DNA of 39,598 nucleotides from NCBI GenBank assembly GCA_024181965.1, contig BQXS01011278.1, positions 1-39,598 on the forward strand, in the 5' to 3' direction. A program made the translations under genes and the position numbers. This stretch comes from Aduncisulcus paluster. Lineage: Eukaryota. Position 1 is the stretch's first letter. Every line of letters starts with the position of its first letter. This document shows, one piece after another, positions 30,822-39,598 of this stretch. Under the pieces are notes generated by a model. The model had not been told where the DNA came from, did not search any database, and was given only the letters and a program-made list of their open reading frames with translations.

Positions 30822-31521
30822 ATGGGTTCTGCTCGTTCTAAAGTCGAATTATCAAAATCTGAACTCCGAGAACTAGTAGCCACTTCTACATGTATGTAAA
30901 CTCTATTTTTTTCTTTCTATTTATCCCTTTTGCAATCATTTATCATCAATTATATTCTAATTTTTTAACTTAGTTGATGAATCTGAGTTATTAGTTCTAT
31001 TCGATCATTTCAAGGCTATTTCTGCCTCCGAGACAGATGATGGATTAATTGATCTATCAGAATTCTCTCGAGCGCTGGGGCTCACGAAAAATCTTTTTTC
31101 GCGACGAATTTTCCGACTGTTTGATGAGAATGGGGATGGAGTAATTAATTTTAAAGAATTCGTTATTGGTCTTTCCATCTTTAGCCCCAAAGGGTCCACT
31201 GCCGATAAAGAAGATTTTTCTTTCCGTTTCTTTGATTCTGATGGAGATGGGTACATTAGTCGTGAAGAGTTAGATGAGGTTCTGAGAGCTTCGATCTCTG
31301 AACATGGACAACTCGCAATTTCTGAGGAACAAATTGAGGCTCTTTTGGACTCAACCTTTGAAGAAGTTGACCTTAATGGAGATGGCAGGATTGACAAGGC
31401 TGAATACAAGCTTATGTTAAAGAAACACAAGTCAATTTTGGACCAAATGACAATCGGAGCACAAGAAGGGTCAGAATTCTCTAAAATTGAGATTAAAACA
31501 AAGAAATATTCCCTGAAATAG
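30822..31521 (+). CDS. Calcineurin B-like (CBL-type) four-EF-hand calcium sensor, 205 aa; exons 30822-30891 and 30974-31521 (absent from the ORF track)
   Basis: MGSARS myristoylation motif; extended EF1 ISASETDDGLIDLSE; NLFSRRIFRLFDENGDGVINFKE; DSDGDGYISREE; DLNGDGRIDKAE; SILDQMT. Confidence 0.9.
30892..30973 (+). other. Spliceosomal intron, 82 nt
   Basis: GTATGT donor, TTCTAAT branch-like motif, TAG acceptor, phase 1. Confidence 0.9.
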
Positions 31522-32026
31522 TATCTATTCAGATTCCTTCCTCTTCACCAAATCTTAATACTTATTTTAACTTTTTTAGATCTATTATTATTTATTTTGA
31601 ATCCTATCAACACTATTGTACCTTTTCTCTGTTGTAAAATGTATTTTATTTGATATATACTTGAATTATGAGATTCTGAGACAGAATTCGTTTCAAAACC
31701 AATAACAATCATAACTGGTTGATGATATATTCATATTTATATGAGAATATATTTGTAATGGTTATATAGTTTTTCTTCTTTTTTTTTTTTTTTGCTAAAA
31801 TTGCTACTTTTTCTTCTCTTTTGATGAGTCGTTTGTTTATCTCGCTTCTGCATCTTCTTCTTCTATTCACTTATTTTCTCTTATTTACACTACAATCTTC
31901 CGGTTGTAATTTTTAATAATGCACTCGGGCGTTACGAAACCCTTTCATTTTGTTTTAGCTTTATTTCCTCAATAAAATTGTTATTTATGTATTTATTATG
32001 AAATAATATCACTTGCACAATGCGAA

Positions 32027-32578
32027 TTAATCAGAGGATTCATCACTACTTGAATATTCTTCGCCATATTCCTGAGACGATTCCTCGACAGGTTTTTCTT
32101 CGGGCTCGACCTTTTCGACTTCAACCTTCTTCTTTGAAGGAGCTCTCTTCTTGGGAATAACACCTTCAGAAATGGTTCTCTTTGCAACTTCATCGTACTT
32201 CTTGATTTGAGATTCAGAAAGAGCATTCCACTTTTTGACTATTTTTTTCATTGCAGTACCCTTGGAAATAGTCTTTTCTTCTTTAACTTCCATCTTGACA
32301 AGTTCGCAACCATAAAATAGTGCAAATCCAGTCAGAACTGAAGCAGAAGGGACCTTCTTCCCTTTTTTAGCAGGGACAAAGTCTGGATTGGCCTTTTTGA
32401 AGGCATCCATCTCTTTCTTCCATTTTTCCATGTCCTTTTTGTACTCAGCTGCATAGGATTCCTTTTCAACAGCTGGAATATTTGCGTAAAGTTCTCCTAA
32501 CTTTGAAGTGAATTCTTTAGCCCTCAATTGAGGGAACTTCTTTTTGATATCAGCACGATTTTTCGCAGTCCAGCGCAT
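32027..32578 (-). CDS. HMG-box protein with two boxes and an acidic tail; 5' end uncertain
   Basis: Box 1 (Y)MRWTAKNRADIKKKFPQL...KLGELYANIPAVEKESY...YKKDMEKW; box 2 LTGFALFY...MKKIVKKWNALSESQIKKYDEVA. Confidence 0.85.
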   Translation of the reverse strand: MRWTAKNRADIKKKFPQLRAKEFTSKLGELYANIPAVEKESYAAEYKKDMEKWKKEMDAFKKANPDFVPAKKGKKVPSASVLTGFALFYGCELVKMEVKEEKTISKGTAMKKIVKKWNALSESQIKKYDEVAKRTISEGVIPKKRAPSKKKVEVEKVEPEEKPVEESSQEYGEEYSSSDESSD

Positions 32579-33257
32579 GTAACTGCCATTTAACGTAGTT
32601 TAGGTAACATTAATGATCGGATTGGTCATTTCAAAAAAAAAAAAATTAATGTTTGGCGGAATAAGCAAACCATATAAATTAAAACTTGAAATAATTTAAC
32701 GTTAACGTACGAATTTAATGGTCTTTTAGGAGCTCTTACTTCTGTCATCTCGTTTTTTTGTCGTATCGTTCAGATCGTTGGCAAAACAAGAACTCTGAAC
32801 AGCTTGAGTAGACTATTCTGTTCCCAATGAGTCTTTCATGTTATTTCTGAAAAATATACTTTCGTAATTGAGTTGTTAAATTTGTTCGATATCCCCTACT
32901 CTTTTTTTACCTATTTCTCCTTGATTCTTAATTCCAGAATTCTTTTAAATTTTATTTTTTTACATTATCGAAGTGTGTCATTACAATTATTTCCCATGAC
33001 CTCTCTTTTTCACGTTTTTTTTTTTGTCAAGCCTCGCAATTCATGCCCTGTGTCTCTTCCCTGAGCTAATACTCAAATGAAGGGACTTTTCAAAGTACAA
33101 TTACACTATTACTCAAATTTTTTATAAAATAATCTTTATTTTATTAATGGAACCTCCGCACTTTGTGAACATTTCTTTTTGCTTCTGTACTGAGTTCGTA
33201 GACCATTAAACAACTTTATTGTTGCTTTTAGTTGTGAAATTATATTTTCTTGATTGT

Positions 33258-34766
33258 ATGAACAAATTAGATTTCGTTAGTGATGACGGAGAATCATCGT
33301 TAATTGATTCTCACCACCAACTTTACAAATTGCAAAATGAATTCCTTAAACAAAGAGCAATATCAGCATATTCTCCCGATGAAAAAAGAATGACCCATAC
33401 TTTGGTAAATCCGGTTCAGCCTTCTCTCCCTCGATCTAAATCTCCATGTCCTCGTAAACAGCGAGATCCCTCATACTTTTCCCGAAAAGAAGATTCATCA
33501 GATGGAATCAATCAAAAATATTACCATTCCTTTTCTTGTTTTCAACGATTTCATCAACCTCAAAGTCGACAAGGTATTTCTATTGATGTTTCTGACCCGA
33601 AATTCAAAAAGCCCGAAAGTTATTATATTAATGTAATCTTTAGCGATGCTCATCATCCAATACCTCAACTTCCTACCACTTTAGAACTTCGACTATCCCA
33701 TCCAATACCTCGTAAACCTTCTGCTGTTCGTCAAATGATAGCTGATCGTTCTCGCCGAGAACATCAACAGTTTGATTCTCTGACTAGAAATCGTCACTTT
33801 GCCCATTGTGAAGTTGTCAGGGCGCGAAAAGCTGCTGCAGACTCCGAGAGGCAAGTCCAACTACGTTTACACTCAGATATGTCGATTGCACGAGCTACAG
33901 CCCGAAGAGATTATTTTACTCTTAAGAAAATTAAATTTGCAAGACAAGAGCTTGCTAAAGTTCATTATTCCGATCATCTTCATCAAGATATGGTCGAATC
34001 TCCTCGAATGGATGAATTGAAGTCTGATGCAAGCAGTTTTGATGATATTATGATGCGACTTCTTCAAGATGCTGCTGAAAATCCTTCAGATTCGAGTGGG
34101 TTGACCGATTCAGAATTCGAATTTCTCAAGATATGGATCCATGGAAAGATCGAGGAAATGAAGATCCAAGAAGAGAGAGAGTTAGAGAAAAAAGAAATGC
34201 TTTCGAAGTGGCAATCATTAATTAAGGAAGGGAATTCAGTCGATTGGACAAAACCCGATGAAACCAAAGAACTTTCTTCAACATCTGAGAATGACCAAGT
34301 GTCTCTCAATACACATGACATAATCAAAAAAAGTCAACATAAAGAAGAAGAAAAAGAATATGACGATACATCAACGAAATATTCTGATCCTTCTTCGATT
34401 GACAAAGAGATTTCTACGAGGAACAAATCAAAAAAATTGATAAAAGGCCGTGATTCCATGTTTTATGTTGGCCAACATTATGTAAGCCCAGAAATGAGGA
34501 CTCAAGATGAGATTATTGCAGATATTAGATCGACTCTCACTGAAAAGAGGCGTTTCTTACCCTTCCAAAAGAGTTCAGAGATTGTTGGAAGAAATAGTTC
34601 ACTCTTGAGACGCATCCGAGCCAGACTTGGTGAATTATCAGCTAGAAAATCCCTTCTTGAGACAAAAAGAATCCAGAAAAGTCTAAAAGAATTTGAAAAG
34701 ACTCTTTCTTCCATCCCACATGGAGACAAAACACTGGAATCTCAAGGGAAAGGGATTGGTATGTGA
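33258..34766 (+). CDS. Hypothetical protein (~502 aa), charged with probable coiled coils
   Basis: Long ORF from the first ATG (MNKLDF); no recognisable motif. Confidence 0.75.
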   Translation: MNKLDFVSDDGESSLIDSHHQLYKLQNEFLKQRAISAYSPDEKRMTHTLVNPVQPSLPRSKSPCPRKQRDPSYFSRKEDSSDGINQKYYHSFSCFQRFHQPQSRQGISIDVSDPKFKKPESYYINVIFSDAHHPIPQLPTTLELRLSHPIPRKPSAVRQMIADRSRREHQQFDSLTRNRHFAHCEVVRARKAAADSERQVQLRLHSDMSIARATARRDYFTLKKIKFARQELAKVHYSDHLHQDMVESPRMDELKSDASSFDDIMMRLLQDAAENPSDSSGLTDSEFEFLKIWIHGKIEEMKIQEERELEKKEMLSKWQSLIKEGNSVDWTKPDETKELSSTSENDQVSLNTHDIIKKSQHKEEEKEYDDTSTKYSDPSSIDKEISTRNKSKKLIKGRDSMFYVGQHYVSPEMRTQDEIIADIRSTLTEKRRFLPFQKSSEIVGRNSSLLRRIRARLGELSARKSLLETKRIQKSLKEFEKTLSSIPHGDKTLESQGKGIGM

Positions 34767-35009
34767 TCCTTCGTCTTCTTTCCTCTTCAATTTATTATCT
34801 CTATTACTCAGATTTTCAATAATTGATTTGTGTGAGTTATAATATTTTTCAGCATTATTACATAAAATTTCAATTCAAAGAGAGAATCCGTTTGTAGATC
34901 TATATTGATTTCTAAAAGAAGTGTGAAATATGATTTATTTTGAAAAATTAAAACTATGTGTTCTATTGGCATTCCGATGTATGTTTATAATTGCTCTATG
35001 TTCTCATTC

Positions 35010-38000
35010 TTACTTCACTCCTGGTTTAGGCTTGAGGAAATCGTGGAATGTTGCCGGTGAAGGAAGAGAGATTGCTCTTTCTGTGACAGCCATACTCTCT
35101 CCTCTTTTCCCCACAAGCACAGAATAGCATCCCCTACAACAGAATAGCATGTATCGGATACGAGCATACTCGAGACCATGTTCACTCGAGGGCCCGACAT
35201 CGTGAACCCTCACACCGCATCCGAGTCCACATACCCCACAACAGAGAGGTGTATGGGTCACTTGTAATGTTTGGGAATAAAAATGCAATGGAAGTGGTGG
35301 GGATCCATGTGAATCTATCGCAAGGCAGATTGGGGACACACCCGAGGAACAATTCCCTTTTTTCTCAACCACCATCACATCCTCCATTTGAGAAAAAGCA
35401 GGAGGAGTTGGAGTGAGTAAATGCTTATGTGCATGTTGTAAGAGTGATGAGATTCCATCCACTAACAGTTCTCTGCCTTCTCCAGCCACAATGAATGAAG
35501 AAGGCGACTGTGGGGTACTTGAAGAACTTGGACTGTTCAAAGCGAGGAGAGGAGATCCACAGCCTGAGCATACCATCAAGTAGTTGTAAGGCTTGGCTGA
35601 GATTGAAGTAGTGGATGTCTTGAGTGACAGTCCAAGTGTAGGAATGGGACAATGATGCAACGACCTAGAGATATGAGATTGTTGATCGGAAGCAAGTGGA
35701 TGAAGTGGAGCATGTGTCAATGCAGGGGTATGAGATACCACAGTTGAAGCTTGCACAGAAACATGAAGTGATGGATTTGAGGAAGAGGGAGAAGGCTTTG
35801 GTGGAGGATAAAGAGATGAAGAGGTGGCTGAAGATTTGGACAAGTTTGATTGGGGATTCTGTGCCTTGGTTGATTGTTGTTTGGAAGAAACCATTGCGAA
35901 GGCATCATCTTTGCCAGCCAACTCTTTCTCAAGATCTATTTCTATATCATCTTCGTTAAAATCGAAATCAACAGCATCTGACATACTCTTATCTTCTTTG
36001 TCCCTCTGATCAATCTCTATGTCTCCCTTCACCAACGTCTTTGTATGTTGTTTNNNNNNNNNNNNNNNNNNNNGCACAGAAACATGAAGTGATGGATTTG
36101 AGGAAGAGGGAGAAGGCTTTGGTGGAGGATAAAGAGATGAAGAGGTGGCTGAAGATTTGGACAAGTGTGATTGGGGATTCTGTGCCTTGGTTGATTGTTG
36201 TTTGGAAGAAACCATTGCGAAGGCATCATCTTTGCCAGCCAACTCTTTCTCAAGATCTATTTCTATATCATCTTCGTTAAAATCGAAATCAACAGCATCT
36301 GACATACTCTTATCTTCTTTGTCCCTCTGATCAATCTCTATGTCTCCCTTCACCAACGTCTTTGTATGTTGTTTCCCCTTTGGCTTTGCATCATCATCTC
36401 TCCCCAAATCCTCTTGCATCAGCCATCTCTCCATACTATCGTCTAGATCATCCATGCCTCGATGGCTGGCTTCCCTTGTACTTGTACTTGGGATATGATC
36501 TCGATGGACCTGGGCTCCATTATGGTGAAGAGGAGAGATGTCCAACGGACTTGTAGTTGAATGTGGCATTGTTGATATTCCAAGATGGGAATGAGCATGA
36601 GTATCAATTCCCTTGGAAGGATCATCAAGGACATGGAGCTTTGAACTTGGATGGAGAGATTTCTTCGAAAGTTTACCCCTATTAAATTCAGCTCGAAGCA
36701 TCTTAACATGTTGTTCTGCATTCTTGAGGAATAAATCAACAGAAATAAGAGATCCACCATGTCGGTTCCACTGTGAGCGATCTGTGCGAACCCTTGGTTG
36801 CACCCAAGCAGGGAGCCCGCCCATCATATTGGATTGAGAATACCGTCTATCGAGAAGCAATAGACTACCATAGTCGAACCGACTCCTGATTGCACGACCA
36901 AGAGCCTGACCAACAGCTTTGAACGCCTCTGCAAAATACCACTCACTTCCGCTACACATGAATCGATCTTTTGTACTCCTGATGTGGTCATTATATGTTC
37001 TTTTCATGATAACTTGGGGGTCTTTCGCAGCAGGGAATGGAATACCAACGATACCAACACATCGAGACATCGAGTGGGCAAAATCCATACCTTCAGCGGC
37101 TTTTCCTCTGCAGACAGCGAAAAATACAGCACTTCCATTCTCCTTTTCTGTAATTCTCCTAAGCTTCTTCATCATTTTCCCTGGATCTTTTCCCATCATA
37201 CACTTATCAAGGTCGTAGTTTATGCCTGGGATCTCTCTCTCACATAACAAGAACCTTCCACCCATTAACTTTCTCAGATCTCCAGAAATAGACCATTGTT
37301 TGAGTATTCTAAGCATCATGGGATATGAAGGAAAGAACAACAATGTCCCTCCCCTTACATTGACAGAATAAGAGTGGATTGTGTTTGCTAATATTTTTGA
37401 GATACGGATGAATTTGTCGCTATTCTGAAGACTTTGATAGTTAAGCACCAACTCCTCATGGCCAGCGACCCTCACATCAAGCTGTTTTTCTTTATCAATG
37501 ACATGATCAGCAGAGATGAAGTTATGTATATTGATACCTAGCTCACTCCGAAGAACATGATGCTTCCCAAGAGTTCCACTGGCAAGAATGATACAACGTA
37601 CTTGAGAAGCCAGAGGTTTCAGTATGACACTAGCGGAGAGACACACGAAGGAGAGAGATGGAGAGGTTGTCCCTGGGGCATCTTTGAATACAAGACCGTA
37701 GTGTTCCTTGTTCCTAGCCACCAGGAGTAACAGACTGAACGTGTCCATAAGAGATTGTAGAATGATGGGTGGGAGAGAACGTTTGCTCCATTTCCCTTCT
37801 TGAATGGCCTTCACAGCCAAGCGGATCGTAAAAAATGGTTTGCGGCGACGTTTCCCGCCACTGACAGAATCGTCAGGTCCTTCTTTCTCCATGGCTGATT
37901 GGATTTCACCTATAAGAGCTGTCAAAGGTTCAACGGAGAGACTTGGGTGCTTTGCAAGGGCGTCAGCAAGTTCATCTGTCTTGAGCATCTGTTCAGGATT

Positions 38001-39598
38001 GGATGAGAAACTTGAGGAACCTGTAGATCTCCGTTTCCCTCCCCAAGAACCTCCATAACGACCACGTTTAGGTCTAGAACTTTGGACAGAGCCACGTCCA
38101 GCAGTCTCAACCATCTTGTAGCAAGTATGGATGAACTTCTGAAGGTCTGGTAAGAACCGACACACACTACCAACACGCCCTTCCTTAAATATCATATCAT
38201 CGATGGCCGATAGATCGGACACAACCGTGGGCAAGATATCCCCACTTGCGGCATCTCTGGCAGCATGTGCCAAATTATGAGCTTCATCAAACACGACCAC
38301 GGCATCCTTCAATCTCCACCCTAGTCCATCTCGAATTGATGGCGACAACAGGTAATTATAAGGACACAGAATGAGGTCAGAACTTTTTGAAAGGTGTCTA
38401 CTCATTCGATATGGACAGAATTGCTTGTTAACATTGACATGTCCTCCCATGGCAGTGGATCTCAGGCTATTCACTGTGTGTGGAGAGTATCCAAACATGC
38501 ATGGGTGAGCAAGGAGAGATGATAGGTATGACGGAGTGGGAGAGAAGAGCAATGGATGGGGGTTCATATGGACAGCGTCAATACTTTGAACAGACGAACC
38601 TGGGACAACATCTGGAGCAATCGGACGACCTTTATACTTCTCGATATCATCTTCATCATCGATTGCTCCATGTCTGTGATCCATATCTCGTCTCATTTGC
38701 TCCCTCAGCTGTTCATGCACTCGCTTACGTTCCACAAACCTCCACTGTCGGATAACCTTCTTCCTATCTTCTTCAATCTTATGGTATTTTGGGGAGGCCA
38801 ACTCACTCATAACAGATCCAAATGGTCTTTTGTTCCCAGTATGAACAACTACCCGGCCACCACCGTCAACTTGCCGAACCATGACATCCTCAATATCTGG
38901 AAAGATATCCACACAATCTTTCACACAAGCAGTGTCATCCGCAATGAACGAAGGGAGAGACATAGAGTCCTCATCGCCATGTACATTCTGATGGTCGTAC
39001 TGTCTGTCAATATTCTCAGCGCCATACTGTGCTCCATACTGTGCACGGATAGCTGTGTCTCTCTTCTTCTTCTTATCTTTATCTCTCTTCCTCTTCATGC
39101 GTTGTAATAAGGTCCCGCCTCCACCTGCGCACTCCCACATTTCCCATTCCAACTGTTCTTCCTCAGCTGTCCTCTCAGTGCTATTTACATCTCCTACCCC
39201 TTCTCCGATGTTCATCTCATCAAGGAGATCAAGGGCAGCAAAGCGTCCATTGCCGATTCCAATTCCCTTTATCTGTTTGCTACTACTACTCTTTGATCCG
39301 CCACCCCCCCCAAGTTCGCTTGCCTTCCTCTTTTTCTGCAATTCAATCAGTGTGACCTCCCCCGTATCATCGCCCTCACGTGCCAAACAATCTCGTTCGC
39401 TTATAAACATCTCACTGCAGAGGAGTGGGAGAGAGCACTGAGCCTGATTCTGGGTGAAAGTTGTATGGTAAGAACACTGGCCAGATGCACACATCGATCT
39501 GCATGTCAAATCAAGAAGTTTCCCATTGTACTCAACGGGATCATCATCCGTCGAGGAACAGGAATCTTCATTATCATCACTGGAACTACCTTTAGATG
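35010..39598 (-). CDS. FANCJ/RTEL1-type (XPD family) Fe-S DEAH DNA helicase, 5'-partial
   Basis: The frame is open to the right edge. Motifs CPY, CPYNYLL, VVFDEAHN, ILASGTL, GGTLLFFPSY, FAVCRGKAAEGMDF, GIPFP and QALGRAIR..DYG.LLLLDRRY are present. FANCJ versus RTEL1 cannot be resolved by eye. Confidence 0.92.
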   Translation of the reverse strand, partial: SKGSSSDDNEDSCSSTDDDPVEYNGKLLDLTCRSMCASGQCSYHTTFTQNQAQCSLPLLCSEMFISERDCLAREGDDTGEVTLIELQKKRKASELGGGGGSKSSSSKQIKGIGIGNGRFAALDLLDEMNIGEGVGDVNSTERTAEEEQLEWEMWECAGGGGTLLQRMKRKRDKDKKKKRDTAIRAQYGAQYGAENIDRQYDHQNVHGDEDSMSLPSFIADDTACVKDCVDIFPDIEDVMVRQVDGGGRVVVHTGNKRPFGSVMSELASPKYHKIEEDRKKVIRQWRFVERKRVHEQLREQMRRDMDHRHGAIDDEDDIEKYKGRPIAPDVVPGSSVQSIDAVHMNPHPLLFSPTPSYLSSLLAHPCMFGYSPHTVNSLRSTAMGGHVNVNKQFCPYRMSRHLSKSSDLILCPYNYLLSPSIRDGLGWRLKDAVVVFDEAHNLAHAARDAASGDILPTVVSDLSAIDDMIFKEGRVGSVCRFLPDLQKFIHTCYKMVETAGRGSVQSSRPKRGRYGGSWGGKRRSTGSSSFSSNPEQMLKTDELADALAKHPSLSVEPLTALIGEIQSAMEKEGPDDSVSGGKRRRKPFFTIRLAVKAIQEGKWSKRSLPPIILQSLMDTFSLLLLVARNKEHYGLVFKDAPGTTSPSLSFVCLSASVILKPLASQVRCIILASGTLGKHHVLRSELGINIHNFISADHVIDKEKQLDVRVAGHEELVLNYQSLQNSDKFIRISKILANTIHSYSVNVRGGTLLFFPSYPMMLRILKQWSISGDLRKLMGGRFLLCEREIPGINYDLDKCMMGKDPGKMMKKLRRITEKENGSAVFFAVCRGKAAEGMDFAHSMSRCVGIVGIPFPAAKDPQVIMKRTYNDHIRSTKDRFMCSGSEWYFAEAFKAVGQALGRAIRSRFDYGSLLLLDRRYSQSNMMGGLPAWVQPRVRTDRSQWNRHGGSLISVDLFLKNAEQHVKMLRAEFNRGKLSKKSLHPSSKLHVLDDPSKGIDTHAHSHLGISTMPHSTTSPLDISPLHHNGAQVHRDHIPSTSTREASHRGMDDLDDSMERWLMQEDLGRDDDAKPKGKQHTKTLVKGDIEIDQRDKEDKSMSDAVDFDFNEDDIEIDLEKELAGKDDAFAMVSSKQQSTKAQNPQSHLSKSSATSSSLYPPPKPSPSSSNPSLHVSVXXXXXXXKQHTKTLVKGDIEIDQRDKEDKSMSDAVDFDFNEDDIEIDLEKELAGKDDAFAMVSSKQQSTKAQNPQSNLSKSSATSSSLYPPPKPSPSSSNPSLHVSVQASTVVSHTPALTHAPLHPLASDQQSHISRSLHHCPIPTLGLSLKTSTTSISAKPYNYLMVCSGCGSPLLALNSPSSSSTPQSPSSFIVAGEGRELLVDGISSLLQHAHKHLLTPTPPAFSQMEDVMVVEKKGNCSSGVSPICLAIDSHGSPPLPLHFYSQTLQVTHTPLCCGVCGLGCGVRVHDVGPSSEHGLEYARIRYMLFCCRGCYSVLVGKRGESMAVTERAISLPSPATFHDFLKPKPGVK
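35753..36374. repeat. Gap-flanking duplication (301 bp x2); assembly artefact
   Basis: 35753-36053 matches 36074-36374 except T35846/G36167. Confidence 0.9.

Noticed and set aside
31005..31430. Minus-strand 141-aa ORF, and other short antisense ORFs nested in long genes (e.g. 13266-13718, 24082-24480, 38556-39107)
   Set aside because: These are antisense shadows of real genes; the Ser/Phe-rich translations mirror acidic codons on the coding strand.
30451..32629. Stop-codon reassignment (TAA/TAG=Gln as in hexamitids, or TGA sense) to explain the in-frame stops
   Set aside because: Genes in the window end at TAA (PP5), TAG (beta7, CBL) and TGA (CCDC81-like), and long ORFs contain no internal stops.

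Overview
Gene-dense, AT-rich eukaryotic (protist) genomic scaffold, not prokaryotic: standard genetic code, short intergenic spacers, and a few short spliceosomal introns that all begin GTATGT. The style (compact genes, Ser/Glu-rich insertions, CBL, CCDC81-HU) suggests a free-living metamonad/fornicate such as Aduncisulcus; that is an inference only. About 18 protein genes are supported: a partial U1-70K-like RRM protein missed by the ORF track, a type I membrane protein, a ~1945-aa orphan protein split by assembly gaps and a microsatellite frameshift, a CCDC81-like HU protein, PP5, a homeodomain-like protein, ARP6, a RAMP4/SERP1-like protein, a 7TM protein, a coiled-coil protein, a calpain with a C-terminal CCSA motif, an LRR protein, an LBP/BPI protein, proteasome beta7, a calcineurin B-like sensor, a two-box HMG protein, an orphan, and a partial FANCJ/RTEL1-type Fe-S helicase. 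Five 20-N gaps are flanked by 211-301 bp duplications (assembly artefacts; three differ by one SNP). A 1.5-kb mosaic repeat lies at 25877-27374. The most unusual non-coding signal is a recurring set of perfect, often chained, inverted repeats with a 1-nt centre in intergenic DNA. No CRISPR array, tRNA, rRNA or transposase was recognised.
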